Part shown: positions 38,390 to 46,943 of the stretch, piece after piece
Numbering within the stretch: the first letter of the stretch is position 1
Layout: every line of letters begins with the position of its first letter
Source of the DNA: Longimicrobiales bacterium
GTDB lineage: Bacteria > Gemmatimonadota > Gemmatimonadetes > Longimicrobiales > Gaopeijiaceae
Reading direction: 5' to 3'
Assembly (NCBI GenBank): GCA_965219445.1
Contig: CBDCNQ010000002.1
Coordinates: 672,001 to 736,000 of the forward strand
DNA: 64,000 nt
The notes under the pieces: model-generated
Told to the model about the DNA's origin: nothing
Database searches by the model: none
What the model saw: only the letters and a program-made list of their open reading frames with translations
Made by a program: the position numbers and the translations under genes

Positions 38390-39790
38390 TCACGGTCCGA
38401 CGTGCCGGGAGAGCAGGTCGAGCACCACGGCGTCCTGCCACGGCAGCAACGTGCGGAAATCTACCCAGAACGATCCGTCTTCCACTCGCCCCACGAGCGG
38501 TACGGACGCACTCCGCAGCCGGGCCGCCAACGGATCTGCCCCGCCATCCTCCGACTCCACGCGAAGCCCACAACTCTCGATTTCCACGCCGGGGAACGTA
38601 CCTCCCCCGACCACCGAAGACATCTCGACGGCTTCGCACGTCACACCCGCCGCCTCCAGTCTCGCGGCCACCGTTTCGGCTCGTTTCCTCAAGGCCTCCG
38701 GAGTGGCCGCAAGCATGGCCAGCACCGGGATCTCCTTCAGGGCGGCCTCAGGATCACGATACAGTTGAAGCGTAGCCTCGAGCCCGGCCAGGGCCGTCTT
38801 GTCGACTCGAACGGCCCGGCACAGGGGATTCTTACGCATCTGATCGACCCACTCGGCCTTGCCCAGGAGGATCCCGGCCTGGGGGCCGCCCAAGAGCTTG
38901 TCCCCTGAAAACGCCACGAGGTCCGCGCCGGCAGCCAGGCTTTCGGTGGGCCGGGGCTCGGGAGGAAGACCCAATCGCTCCGGATCAATCAAGAGGCCCG
39001 AGCCCTGATCGTGAACGACCGGCACTCCAAGTTCCGCTCCCAAGCCCACGAGTTCCTCGAGCGAAGCCTCCTCCGTGAATCCAGTAATGCGGAAGTTGGA
39101 GCGGTGTACCTTGAGGATCAGCGCGGGGTCACCCTTTGCTGCCGCGGCCCGATAGTCGTCGAGGCGGGTCCGGTTGGTGCTCCCCACCTCCACGAGCACA
39201 CCGCCCGCGCTCTCGAGGATTTCCGGGATGCGAAAACCCCCACCGATCTCGACGAGCTCTCCCCGTGATACGAGGACCGTACGCCCGAACGCCAAAGTCC
39301 GGAGGGCGAGGATGAGAGCGGCCGCACCGTTGTTGCTCACGAGCGCCCCACCGGCGCCGGTCAGCTCCTGGAGTAGAGCCGTGCAGTGGTCGTACCTCGA
39401 TCCCCGGCTCCCCGCCTCCAAATCGTACTCGAGGTTTGCGTACCCACGCGCGACGCTGGCCATCGCGTCGAGCGCGGAGGCCGCGAGAGCGGCTCGCCCC
39501 AGGTTCGTATGCAGAATCACTCCGGTTCCGTTGATGACCGCCCGAAGGGATGGTGTTGTGGACACGCGGAGCCGCGCCTTCACTCCAGCGGCATAGGTCC
39601 GCGGGTCCTCCACATCCCCCTCGAGAGCTCCAGGATCCCCGCCGTCGCCGAGCTCGCGACGAACCCGGTCGACCTCTGTCCGTAGGTGCTCGACTACGAG
39701 GCCTCTCGGGTGCATCTCCAAAAGGCCGAGGAGCGCCTCGGACTCGAGGAGCAGCTCGAGGGACGGAATCAGGCGGCGAGCGTCACTCAC
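38390..39790 (-). CDS. selA: L-seryl-tRNA(Sec) selenium transferase
   Basis: INGTGVILHTNLGRA, NLEYDL, SRGELVEIGGGFRIP, EVGSTNRT, FSGDKLLGGPQAG; start taken as GTG 39790. Confidence 0.96.
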   Translation of the reverse strand: MSDARRLIPSLELLLESEALLGLLEMHPRGLVVEHLRTEVDRVRRELGDGGDPGALEGDVEDPRTYAAGVKARLRVSTTPSLRAVINGTGVILHTNLGRAALAASALDAMASVARGYANLEYDLEAGSRGSRYDHCTALLQELTGAGGALVSNNGAAALILALRTLAFGRTVLVSRGELVEIGGGFRIPEILESAGGVLVEVGSTNRTRLDDYRAAAAKGDPALILKVHRSNFRITGFTEEASLEELVGLGAELGVPVVHDQGSGLLIDPERLGLPPEPRPTESLAAGADLVAFSGDKLLGGPQAGILLGKAEWVDQMRKNPLCRAVRVDKTALAGLEATLQLYRDPEAALKEIPVLAMLAATPEALRKRAETVAARLEAAGVTCEAVEMSSVVGGGTFPGVEIESCGLRVESEDGGADPLAARLRSASVPLVGRVEDGSFWVDFRTLLPWQDAVVLDLLSRHVGP

Positions 39791-41054
39791 GCTGCGGCGC
39801 CTCGCGAAGCACTTCGGCCGTGCCCCCACCATCGGGGACGCCATTGATGTTGGTCACACCCTGGACGGCCAGCTCATAGGGTTGATCCGTCGCTAGGGTG
39901 TCCGCCAGCAGAAGGTAAAGGACCTGCTTTGGGAGATCGCGGGCCTGCAGGGCGCTTTCGCCGGGCCGGGCCGGGGGCCGGGGGGGCCTCAACTCCGACT
40001 CGATCTCGTTCGCGGCGGCGGAGTCGCCCGCACTGCGGAGTGACTCGATCCGTTGCTGCTGCTCTTCAAATTGAATCGAGTCGGAGACGTGCAGAGAATC
40101 CTGAATCGCATCCCGTCGGTCCATATAGTCGCGCTCGTGCATGATCGTAACCACGTCGGCCGGGCCCACTGACTCGGGTCCCAACGATGCCGATACTCCG
40201 GTGAGCGCCGAGGCGGGGTCGAGAAAGTCATCGAATTCGACGCCCAGCGTCAAAGAGTCGACAACGTCGACGCTCGCGACCATGGCGGGCGTCGTGTCCG
40301 GAGCGAGCAGCGCGAAATTCGAGAACACGGTGTCGGCCAGATTCAACACCTCCAGACCCGTCCCGATCGGCTCGAGGCCACTCGGCTCCCCGTTGCGATC
40401 CTGGTCCACGAACGCGGTGATCTCATATCGGCCGGACGGAACATACCGGAGAGCGTAAACGCCCCCCTCGTCGGTGAGGGCGACGTAGGTCGGGACCATT
40501 TGGTCGTCAGACTCCTCCACCCCCGGAGGACGCTCCGCACGAGCCATCACTCGCGCACCCTCGATCGGCTGGTCGGTGATCCGGTCGACGATGGCGCCCG
40601 CGAGCACCGTGGGCGTCATCTGAGCGCCGGTCGAGAAGACAAACTCGAATGCGTCGGCCAGGCTGTTTCCAAAGAGGTCCTGAACCACTGGCTGCACCGT
40701 CACGCGGTAGACTTCGTCGGGCGGGAACCCTCCCGCCATCGTAACACGCAAGGCCCGACTGGAATGGCGCACTCTGATCTCACCCGACTCCGGAGAGATG
40801 ATCACCGCGCCATCCAGTGTGCCCCGCGCCCCGTTCTCGCTGATCCGTTCGTCGAAGACGATCCGGATCTCGTCGTCGAAGGCCGGGAGCACGGCAAAGG
40901 TGTCCGGAAACGTCTCCACCACTTGTGGCCCCGTCCGGTCCTGGAGGCCACCGGGAGGAGGACCCTGATTGGCGCACGAACAAATTGCAAAAAGCCCGAT
41001 CGTCCACCCCAGAGCCCGGGCCCCGCTGTGCCTCTTCAACGGCCTTCCCGTCAT
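39783..41054 (-). CDS. Ig-like (Big_5-type) lipoprotein
   Basis: SCANQGPPPGG..D..P, I.FDE, DLFGN, FVFSTG. Confidence 0.8.
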   Translation of the reverse strand: MTGRPLKRHSGARALGWTIGLFAICSCANQGPPPGGLQDRTGPQVVETFPDTFAVLPAFDDEIRIVFDERISENGARGTLDGAVIISPESGEIRVRHSSRALRVTMAGGFPPDEVYRVTVQPVVQDLFGNSLADAFEFVFSTGAQMTPTVLAGAIVDRITDQPIEGARVMARAERPPGVEESDDQMVPTYVALTDEGGVYALRYVPSGRYEITAFVDQDRNGEPSGLEPIGTGLEVLNLADTVFSNFALLAPDTTPAMVASVDVVDSLTLGVEFDDFLDPASALTGVSASLGPESVGPADVVTIMHERDYMDRRDAIQDSLHVSDSIQFEEQQQRIESLRSAGDSAAANEIESELRPPRPPARPGESALQARDLPKQVLYLLLADTLATDQPYELAVQGVTNINGVPDGGGTAEVLREAPQRE

Positions 41055-41076
41055 GGCCCGAATGATCTTCCCCTGC

Positions 41077-43881
41077 TCAATCGGCAGCGAGGGAGGAGAG
41101 CTTCCCTCGTAACTTGCCCAGCTGCTCCTCGAAGCTGCGCTGCTTCTCGCGCTCGCGGTCCACGATGTCCGGAGGCGCACCCCTCAAGAATCCGTCATTC
41201 GACAACTTGGTACGAGCGCCCTCGACCTGCGCATCGAGGCGTTCGATTTCTTCCTGTAGCCGCTCGCGTTCCCGCGCGACGTCGATCACGCCCTCCAGCG
41301 GAATGAACACCTCCACACCGTTCTTCAGAACCGCGTGCGCGCCCACCGCGTGTCCATTCCCCTCCCCGTTGAGCTCACACGTGTCGACCCTGGCCAGCCG
41401 TTGAAGCGTGGTCCCCTGCTCCTCGACCACCGCCCTGAACGGACCCTCGACGGCACTCAGCCTGAGCGTGACGCCACTCCCCTCGGGCACGGAGTACTCC
41501 TTGCGGAGACTGCGCACCTGCGTCACCAGCTCTTGAAGCTCGCTCAGGCGTCGCTCGGAGTCCTCATCGACCAGAGCGGGGTCCAGCTCCGGCCAGGGTG
41601 CCACGATCAAGGCCTCCGGCCGGTCCGCTCCGGCGGGCCAAGGCAGCCGCTCCCACAGGGCCGAGGTGACGAAGGGAGTGAGGGGGTGCAGCAACCGGAG
41701 GACGCCGTCGAGCACGGCCACGAGTGTGGCCCGCGCCGCCTGGAGGCTGTCGTCACCGGATTTCCCCAGCATTCTGGGCTTGATCAACTCCAAATACCAA
41801 TCGGCGAAATCTCCCCAAACGAAGTGATAGAGCCGGTCCGACACGTCGTGAAGGCGGAAGCGCTCGAGTCCCTCGCTCACCTCCTCCGTCGTCCGTTGCA
41901 GACGCGACAGAATCCAACGGTCCTCGAGCTCCAGTGAGTCGCTCACGTCGGCCACGGTGGGGACCGGATCGTCGCCGAGCGTCATCAGCGCGAAGCGGCC
42001 GGCGTTCCAAAGCTTGTTGGCGAAGTTGCGGCCCGGCGAGAAAGACGCCTCCAGATCCTCGTGATCGAGTTGGATGTCCGTCCCGACGCCCGCCGCCGAA
42101 AGGAGCGTAAAGCGGAGTGCATCCGCACCGTAAAGGTCGACGACCTCGAGGGGATCGACACCGTTGCCGAGGGACTTGGACATCTTCCGCCCCAGCTTGT
42201 CGCGGACCGTTCCGTGCAGATAGACCTGGGTGAACGGCGCCTCTCCCATGAACTCGTAACCGGCCATGATCATACGGGCCACCCAGAAGAACAGGATCTC
42301 GGGTGCGGTGACCATGTCGTGTGTCGGGTAGAAGGTCTCGAGGTCGTCGGTTTCCTCCGGCCACCCGAACACGGAGAACGGCCACAGCCACGAGGAGAAC
42401 CACGTGTCGAGCACGTCGGGATCCTGCTCGAGGCTCTCGCCGCCGCACGATGTGCAACGGTCGGGATCATCCCGGGCTACGATCGCGGCCCCGCATGACT
42501 CGCAGTACCACACCGGAATGCGGTGGCCCCACCAGAGCTGCCGAGAGATACACCAGTCACGAATGTTCTCCATCCAGGTCTCGTAGACCTTCTTCCAATG
42601 CGACGGCGTGAAGGAGATGGTCCCGTCCCTCGACGCCTCGAGCGCAGGCTCGGCGAGGGGCTTCATGCGCACGAACCACTGGAGACTCAAGCGCGGCTCC
42701 ACGACGGTGTGGCACCGATAACAATGCGGCATCGAGTGAGTGTGGACCTCCTCCCCGCCGTAGAGGCCGAGAGCTTCGAGTTCGGCGACGACTCTCTCGC
42801 GTGCCTCGAAGCGATCGAGCCCCCGGAAGGCCTCCGGCGCTTCCTCACTCATCGTTGCTTCGTCCGTCATCACGTCGAGTATCGGCAGGCCGTTCCTCTG
42901 AGCCATCTCGAAGTCGTTCGGATCATGCGCGGGCGTGACCTTTACCATCCCTGAGGCGAACCCTGGATCCACGAACTCATCCGAGATGATCGGGATGGAC
43001 CGGCCCGTCAGGGGGAGCTCGACATCCGCGCCGATCAGAGCGGTGTAGCGCTCGTCCTTCGGGCTCACCGCCACACCGGTGTCCCCCAGCATGGTCTCGG
43101 GCCGAGTCGTCGACACGGTGAGGTACCACCGTCCGTCTGGAAGTTGGCCGATGGCGGACTCCCCATCGGACGCCTTTGCCGCCGCCCGGGCCGCTTCCCC
43201 AGCTTGCGCGGCACTGTCCTCCCCCGCTGAAGCCACTGGGTACCGAAGGTGGTAGAGCCTGCCCTCGGTCTCCTCGGCCTCGGCCTCTTCGTTCGAGAGC
43301 GCCGTCAGGCAGCGCGGACACCAGTTGATGATGTACTCGCCCCTGTAGATGAGATCCTTTTCGTACAGGCGCACGAACACCTCGCGGACGGCCCGGCTGA
43401 GCCCCTCGTCCAGGGTGAAGCGTGTACGGTCGAAGTCGCAGCTCGACCCGATCGTCTTGAGCTGCTCCAGGATCTGGCCCCCCGTCCCGTTGACGTGCTC
43501 CCAAACCCGTTCGACGAAGGCTTCCCTGCCTATGTCGTGCCGTGTGGTTCCCTCGTCCACCAACGTCCTTTCAACGACGTTCTGCGTCGCGATCCCGGCG
43601 TGGTCGGTCCCGGGTACCCAGAGTGAGGCGCGGCCCTGCATTCGGCGCCATCGCACCATCACGTCTTGGATCGTGTTGTTGAGACCGTGACCCATGTGAA
43701 GTACGGCTGTCACGTTGGGGGGAGGGATCACGATGACGTACGGCTCGCGGCCGTCGGACTTCACCCACCGCGGCTCGATGTGGAAGTACCCAGCCTCAGT
43801 CCAGGAACGGTAGAGGGGCTCTTCGATGGTCTTGGGGTCCAAGCGCGGTGGCAACGCGTCGGCCACGGTCGCTCCTGTCAT
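41077..43881 (-). CDS. valS: Valine-tRNA ligase
   Basis: PPPNVT..HMGH, GTDHAGIATQ, TTRPET, DWCISRQLWWGH, KMSKS, C-terminal coiled coil. Confidence 0.98.
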   Translation of the reverse strand: MTGATVADALPPRLDPKTIEEPLYRSWTEAGYFHIEPRWVKSDGREPYVIVIPPPNVTAVLHMGHGLNNTIQDVMVRWRRMQGRASLWVPGTDHAGIATQNVVERTLVDEGTTRHDIGREAFVERVWEHVNGTGGQILEQLKTIGSSCDFDRTRFTLDEGLSRAVREVFVRLYEKDLIYRGEYIINWCPRCLTALSNEEAEAEETEGRLYHLRYPVASAGEDSAAQAGEAARAAAKASDGESAIGQLPDGRWYLTVSTTRPETMLGDTGVAVSPKDERYTALIGADVELPLTGRSIPIISDEFVDPGFASGMVKVTPAHDPNDFEMAQRNGLPILDVMTDEATMSEEAPEAFRGLDRFEARERVVAELEALGLYGGEEVHTHSMPHCYRCHTVVEPRLSLQWFVRMKPLAEPALEASRDGTISFTPSHWKKVYETWMENIRDWCISRQLWWGHRIPVWYCESCGAAIVARDDPDRCTSCGGESLEQDPDVLDTWFSSWLWPFSVFGWPEETDDLETFYPTHDMVTAPEILFFWVARMIMAGYEFMGEAPFTQVYLHGTVRDKLGRKMSKSLGNGVDPLEVVDLYGADALRFTLLSAAGVGTDIQLDHEDLEASFSPGRNFANKLWNAGRFALMTLGDDPVPTVADVSDSLELEDRWILSRLQRTTEEVSEGLERFRLHDVSDRLYHFVWGDFADWYLELIKPRMLGKSGDDSLQAARATLVAVLDGVLRLLHPLTPFVTSALWERLPWPAGADRPEALIVAPWPELDPALVDEDSERRLSELQELVTQVRSLRKEYSVPEGSGVTLRLSAVEGPFRAVVEEQGTTLQRLARVDTCELNGEGNGHAVGAHAVLKNGVEVFIPLEGVIDVARERERLQEEIERLDAQVEGARTKLSNDGFLRGAPPDIVDREREKQRSFEEQLGKLRGKLSSLAAD

Positions 43882-43892
43882 CTTGGGGAATC

Positions 43893-44774
43893 CTATCTGC
43901 CGGAAGTACCGGTCGTGTCGGACGCTTCAGAAGCTTCGGACGCTTCGGACGCTTCGGACTCTTGTGGCACTTCGGACGCTGGGCTGGTCCGGTCCCGATC
44001 GCGATCTCGCCGGCTGCGAATGGCTTCTGCGCGTTCCCTCCAACTCGATCTCAGGGCCTGGCCGTTGGCGCCGGTGAGGATGTCCTGATCCTCCCAGACG
44101 CGACGCCCCGCCTGTTCACGTTGCCAGGAGTTCCCGCGGAAGTAGAACGGCAACGGAAGCGTGATGTTGCCCAGGTGGAGCTGCCCTGGTGAGACGCCCC
44201 ACCTCCTCCCCTGGTCGTCAGTGGTAGTCCAGTCCGTGAGCGCATACTCCGCGGCGACGACCGCGGCTACCGAGTCCGCCCACTCCTCGAGTCGCCCGGC
44301 CAGCTCGAGCTCCATCCTCTCGGCTTCGGTGAGCTCGAAGAGTTCGGGCATCGCCTCACGCCAGAGGCGGGCGTCAGAGCTGCGCACCCTCAAGATGTCG
44401 GCGGCACGGCGCCTTCTCGGGGGCTCGTCGAGATCGACATCGGCGGCAACGGGCGGGCCGGCATCGGAAGCCTGTGGGGCTTCGGCGGTCGGCTCGGGAA
44501 GCGCGTCGGGGGGTTCGGCGGTCAAGTCGGGGGGCTCGATCTCCACCACCCGTACGACTCGCATGTCACTCGTAAACCGAGAAACCGACTCCACGGCCAG
44601 GACCGTCTCCGTAGGACCCCATTGGGTGACGACCACGGAATAGAGTAGGACGAACACGACGTGGAGAGCAGCCGACGCACCGATCCCTACGGCGAGGGCG
44701 CGCCTGTGCGCCCTGCCATGATCTCCTGGCACGTACCGCCCCGGCGAGCGGTCGGATTTCATCGGCGCTGTCAT
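43893..44774 (-). CDS. Membrane-anchored hypothetical protein with Pro-rich linker and SEA-repeat tail
   Basis: One TM segment; DWTTTDDQGRRWGVSPG; in operon with valS. Confidence 0.7.
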   Translation of the reverse strand: MTAPMKSDRSPGRYVPGDHGRAHRRALAVGIGASAALHVVFVLLYSVVVTQWGPTETVLAVESVSRFTSDMRVVRVVEIEPPDLTAEPPDALPEPTAEAPQASDAGPPVAADVDLDEPPRRRRAADILRVRSSDARLWREAMPELFELTEAERMELELAGRLEEWADSVAAVVAAEYALTDWTTTDDQGRRWGVSPGQLHLGNITLPLPFYFRGNSWQREQAGRRVWEDQDILTGANGQALRSSWRERAEAIRSRRDRDRDRTSPASEVPQESEASEASEASEASDTTGTSGR

Positions 44775-44807
44775 TTGCGTACTAACCCCCCTTAACTGGG
44801 CGGTTCC

Positions 44808-45977
44808 TCACCCCACCACCAGCCTTCCCAACCGTGCAGCTGCCTCCTTCATCCGCGTCTCGTCCACGGTGAGGGCGATCCTGAAAAAGCCCTCCCCACC
44901 CGCGCCGAGCGCGGCGCCCGGAAGTACGACGACCCCCTCTTCCTCCAGCGCCCGCCCTGCGAAGGCCCGCGAGGAACCACCCTCGGGCACCGGAACCCAC
45001 ACGTACATCGTGGCCTTCGGTTGGGTGACGGTGAATCCGGCTCGGCCCAATCCCTCGACCGCCACGTCACGGCGGGCCTGAAAGCGGGCCACGTTTCCCG
45101 GCACCCATTGCTCGTACGTCGCCAGCGCAGCGGTCCCCGCGGCCTGGACCGCCATGAAGGCCCCCGTGTCCATGAACGTCTTTACCCTAGTTAGGCTCTC
45201 GATCAGGTCCGCGTTCCCCGCAACCCACCCCAGCCGCCAGCCGGTCATGTTGTAGGTCTTGGAGAAAGAGTGAAACTCGAGCGCGACCCCGGACGCCCCC
45301 TCGACCTCCAAGATGCTCGGCGGACGGTAGCCGTCAAATGCGATCTCGCTGTAGGCGTGATCGTAGACCAACACCGCACCCTGCTCCCGGCAAAAATCCA
45401 CCACGTCGCCGAGGTATTCGAGTGGAGCCGTCGCCGTAGTCGGATTGTTCGGATAGTTGAGGTACATCAGTCGAAGCCGGGACCGCACATCGTTCGGGAT
45501 CTCGCTGAGTGGGATCAGGTAGTCGTTCTCCGAGCGCAACGGCACAAGATGAGGCTGCCCCCCGGCCAGGATGACGCCGCCCTGGTAGGCCTGGTATCCG
45601 GGATCGGGAATCACGGCGGCATCGCCGGGATCGAGGAAGGCCAGCGGTAGCTTGGCGATACCCTCCTTGGAGCCCATGAGCGGAAGGATTTCGGCGTAGG
45701 GGTCGAGGCCCACACCGAAGCGCTTGCTCATCCATGTTGCCACGGCTTCTCTGAAGTCCGACAAACCCGCCTGAAAAGCGTACCGGGACATGCTTCGTTC
45801 CGACGCAGCCTCACCCAACCTGCGGACGGCCTCGGGGGGTGGGTCCAGGTCGGCATCCCCGACTCCGAGATCGATGACGTCGACGCCGGCAGCCTCCAGC
45901 CGCTTCCTGGCCTCTGCAGTCCCGGTCAGCGGGTACCCGGGTAGGTTCTGAAACCGCCGGCTCCGCTCAGGAGCCAA
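44808..45977 (-). CDS. Class I/II PLP aminotransferase (DapL/DapC-like)
   Basis: GSKEG, PDPGY, LNYPNNPT, SFSKTYNMTGWRLG; start taken as TTG 45977. Confidence 0.92.
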   Translation of the reverse strand: MAPERSRRFQNLPGYPLTGTAEARKRLEAAGVDVIDLGVGDADLDPPPEAVRRLGEAASERSMSRYAFQAGLSDFREAVATWMSKRFGVGLDPYAEILPLMGSKEGIAKLPLAFLDPGDAAVIPDPGYQAYQGGVILAGGQPHLVPLRSENDYLIPLSEIPNDVRSRLRLMYLNYPNNPTTATAPLEYLGDVVDFCREQGAVLVYDHAYSEIAFDGYRPPSILEVEGASGVALEFHSFSKTYNMTGWRLGWVAGNADLIESLTRVKTFMDTGAFMAVQAAGTAALATYEQWVPGNVARFQARRDVAVEGLGRAGFTVTQPKATMYVWVPVPEGGSSRAFAGRALEEEGVVVLPGAALGAGGEGFFRIALTVDETRMKEAAARLGRLVVG

Positions 45978-46599
45978 CGTCCCCTTCTCCCTCGACCTGA
46001 TTTCGGAGGATATCGAGCCCCTCCAGCTCGACCTCCACATCATCCCCAGGCGAGAGCGAGCCCACGCCCTCGGGCGTGCCCGGCGACACGATGTCACCGG
46101 GCTCCAGCGTCATGATCCGTGTGATGTACGTGATAAGATCCGGTATCGAAAATACCATCTCGGATGCCTGAGCCCGCTGACGCTCCCCCCCATTCACCCG
46201 AGTGACCAGCGTGACCTCGGGAAAATCGTCGGGGGATACCGTAGACACCGTACCGGTCGGGCAAAACGTGTCGAATCCCTTGGCCCTCGACCACTGGTCG
46301 TCCGCAGCCTGGAGATCGCGCGCGGTCACGTCGTTCAACGGGAGGACCCCCTCGATCACGCTCCAGGCCTCAGCCTCCGAAACGTGTCGGGCCCTCGTGC
46401 GGATCCGTACGGCGATCTCCCCCTCGTAGTCGACCCGGCCGACGTCCCTCGGAATCACGATCACGTCACCCGACGCGATGATGCTCGACGGCGGTTTCAG
46501 GAAGATCAACGGCTCGGAGGGGACGGTACCACCAAGCTCGGCAGCGTGTGCACGGAAATTCTTGCCCACACACACGATTTTTGTGGGAGGAGGAGTCAT
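45967..46599 (-). CDS. Fumarylacetoacetate hydrolase family protein
   Basis: KIVCVGKN, FLKPPSS, DYEGE, NDVTARDLQ, AKGFDTF, GTPEGVG. Confidence 0.93.
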   Translation of the reverse strand: MTPPPTKIVCVGKNFRAHAAELGGTVPSEPLIFLKPPSSIIASGDVIVIPRDVGRVDYEGEIAVRIRTRARHVSEAEAWSVIEGVLPLNDVTARDLQAADDQWSRAKGFDTFCPTGTVSTVSPDDFPEVTLVTRVNGGERQRAQASEMVFSIPDLITYITRIMTLEPGDIVSPGTPEGVGSLSPGDDVEVELEGLDILRNQVEGEGDVGS

Positions 46600-46618
46600 G
46601 CCACCCGGGCCCCCACCA

Positions 46619-46819
46619 TCACTCCTCGACCGGCCGGGTATGCAACCATGTGCCGATCACTGCCCCCAGACCCCCTATGGTGAGAAACGTGGCGATTACA
46701 GCCCACCAGAAGCCGATATCGGAATGACCCGCAGACCAACCGGCCACAGAATCACCCCACGCGAAGCCCGCCAGGACAAGAATCCCGACGCCCACCGTGA
46801 TGCCCAAAACGCGAGTCAT
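46619..46819 (-). CDS. Small two-TM membrane protein
   Basis: 66 aa, two hydrophobic segments, co-oriented with the operon. Confidence 0.65.
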   Translation of the reverse strand: MTRVLGITVGVGILVLAGFAWGDSVAGWSAGHSDIGFWWAVIATFLTIGGLGAVIGTWLHTRPVEE

Positions 46820-46943
46820 ACGTCATCCGCCATGAAGGTACACAAGACCGGGGAAAACCCAGGCGACGGGCGGAATCTATGGTCGCAGGACTGGACCACA
46901 AGACCAGAACACCGCCATGTACCAGCGTCCCTGCGGGCTGCCC

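Noticed and set aside
43915..43980. 9-bp repeats (CGGACGCTT-like) as a DNA element
   Set aside because: They encode the in-frame SEA low-complexity tail of the 43893-44774 protein.
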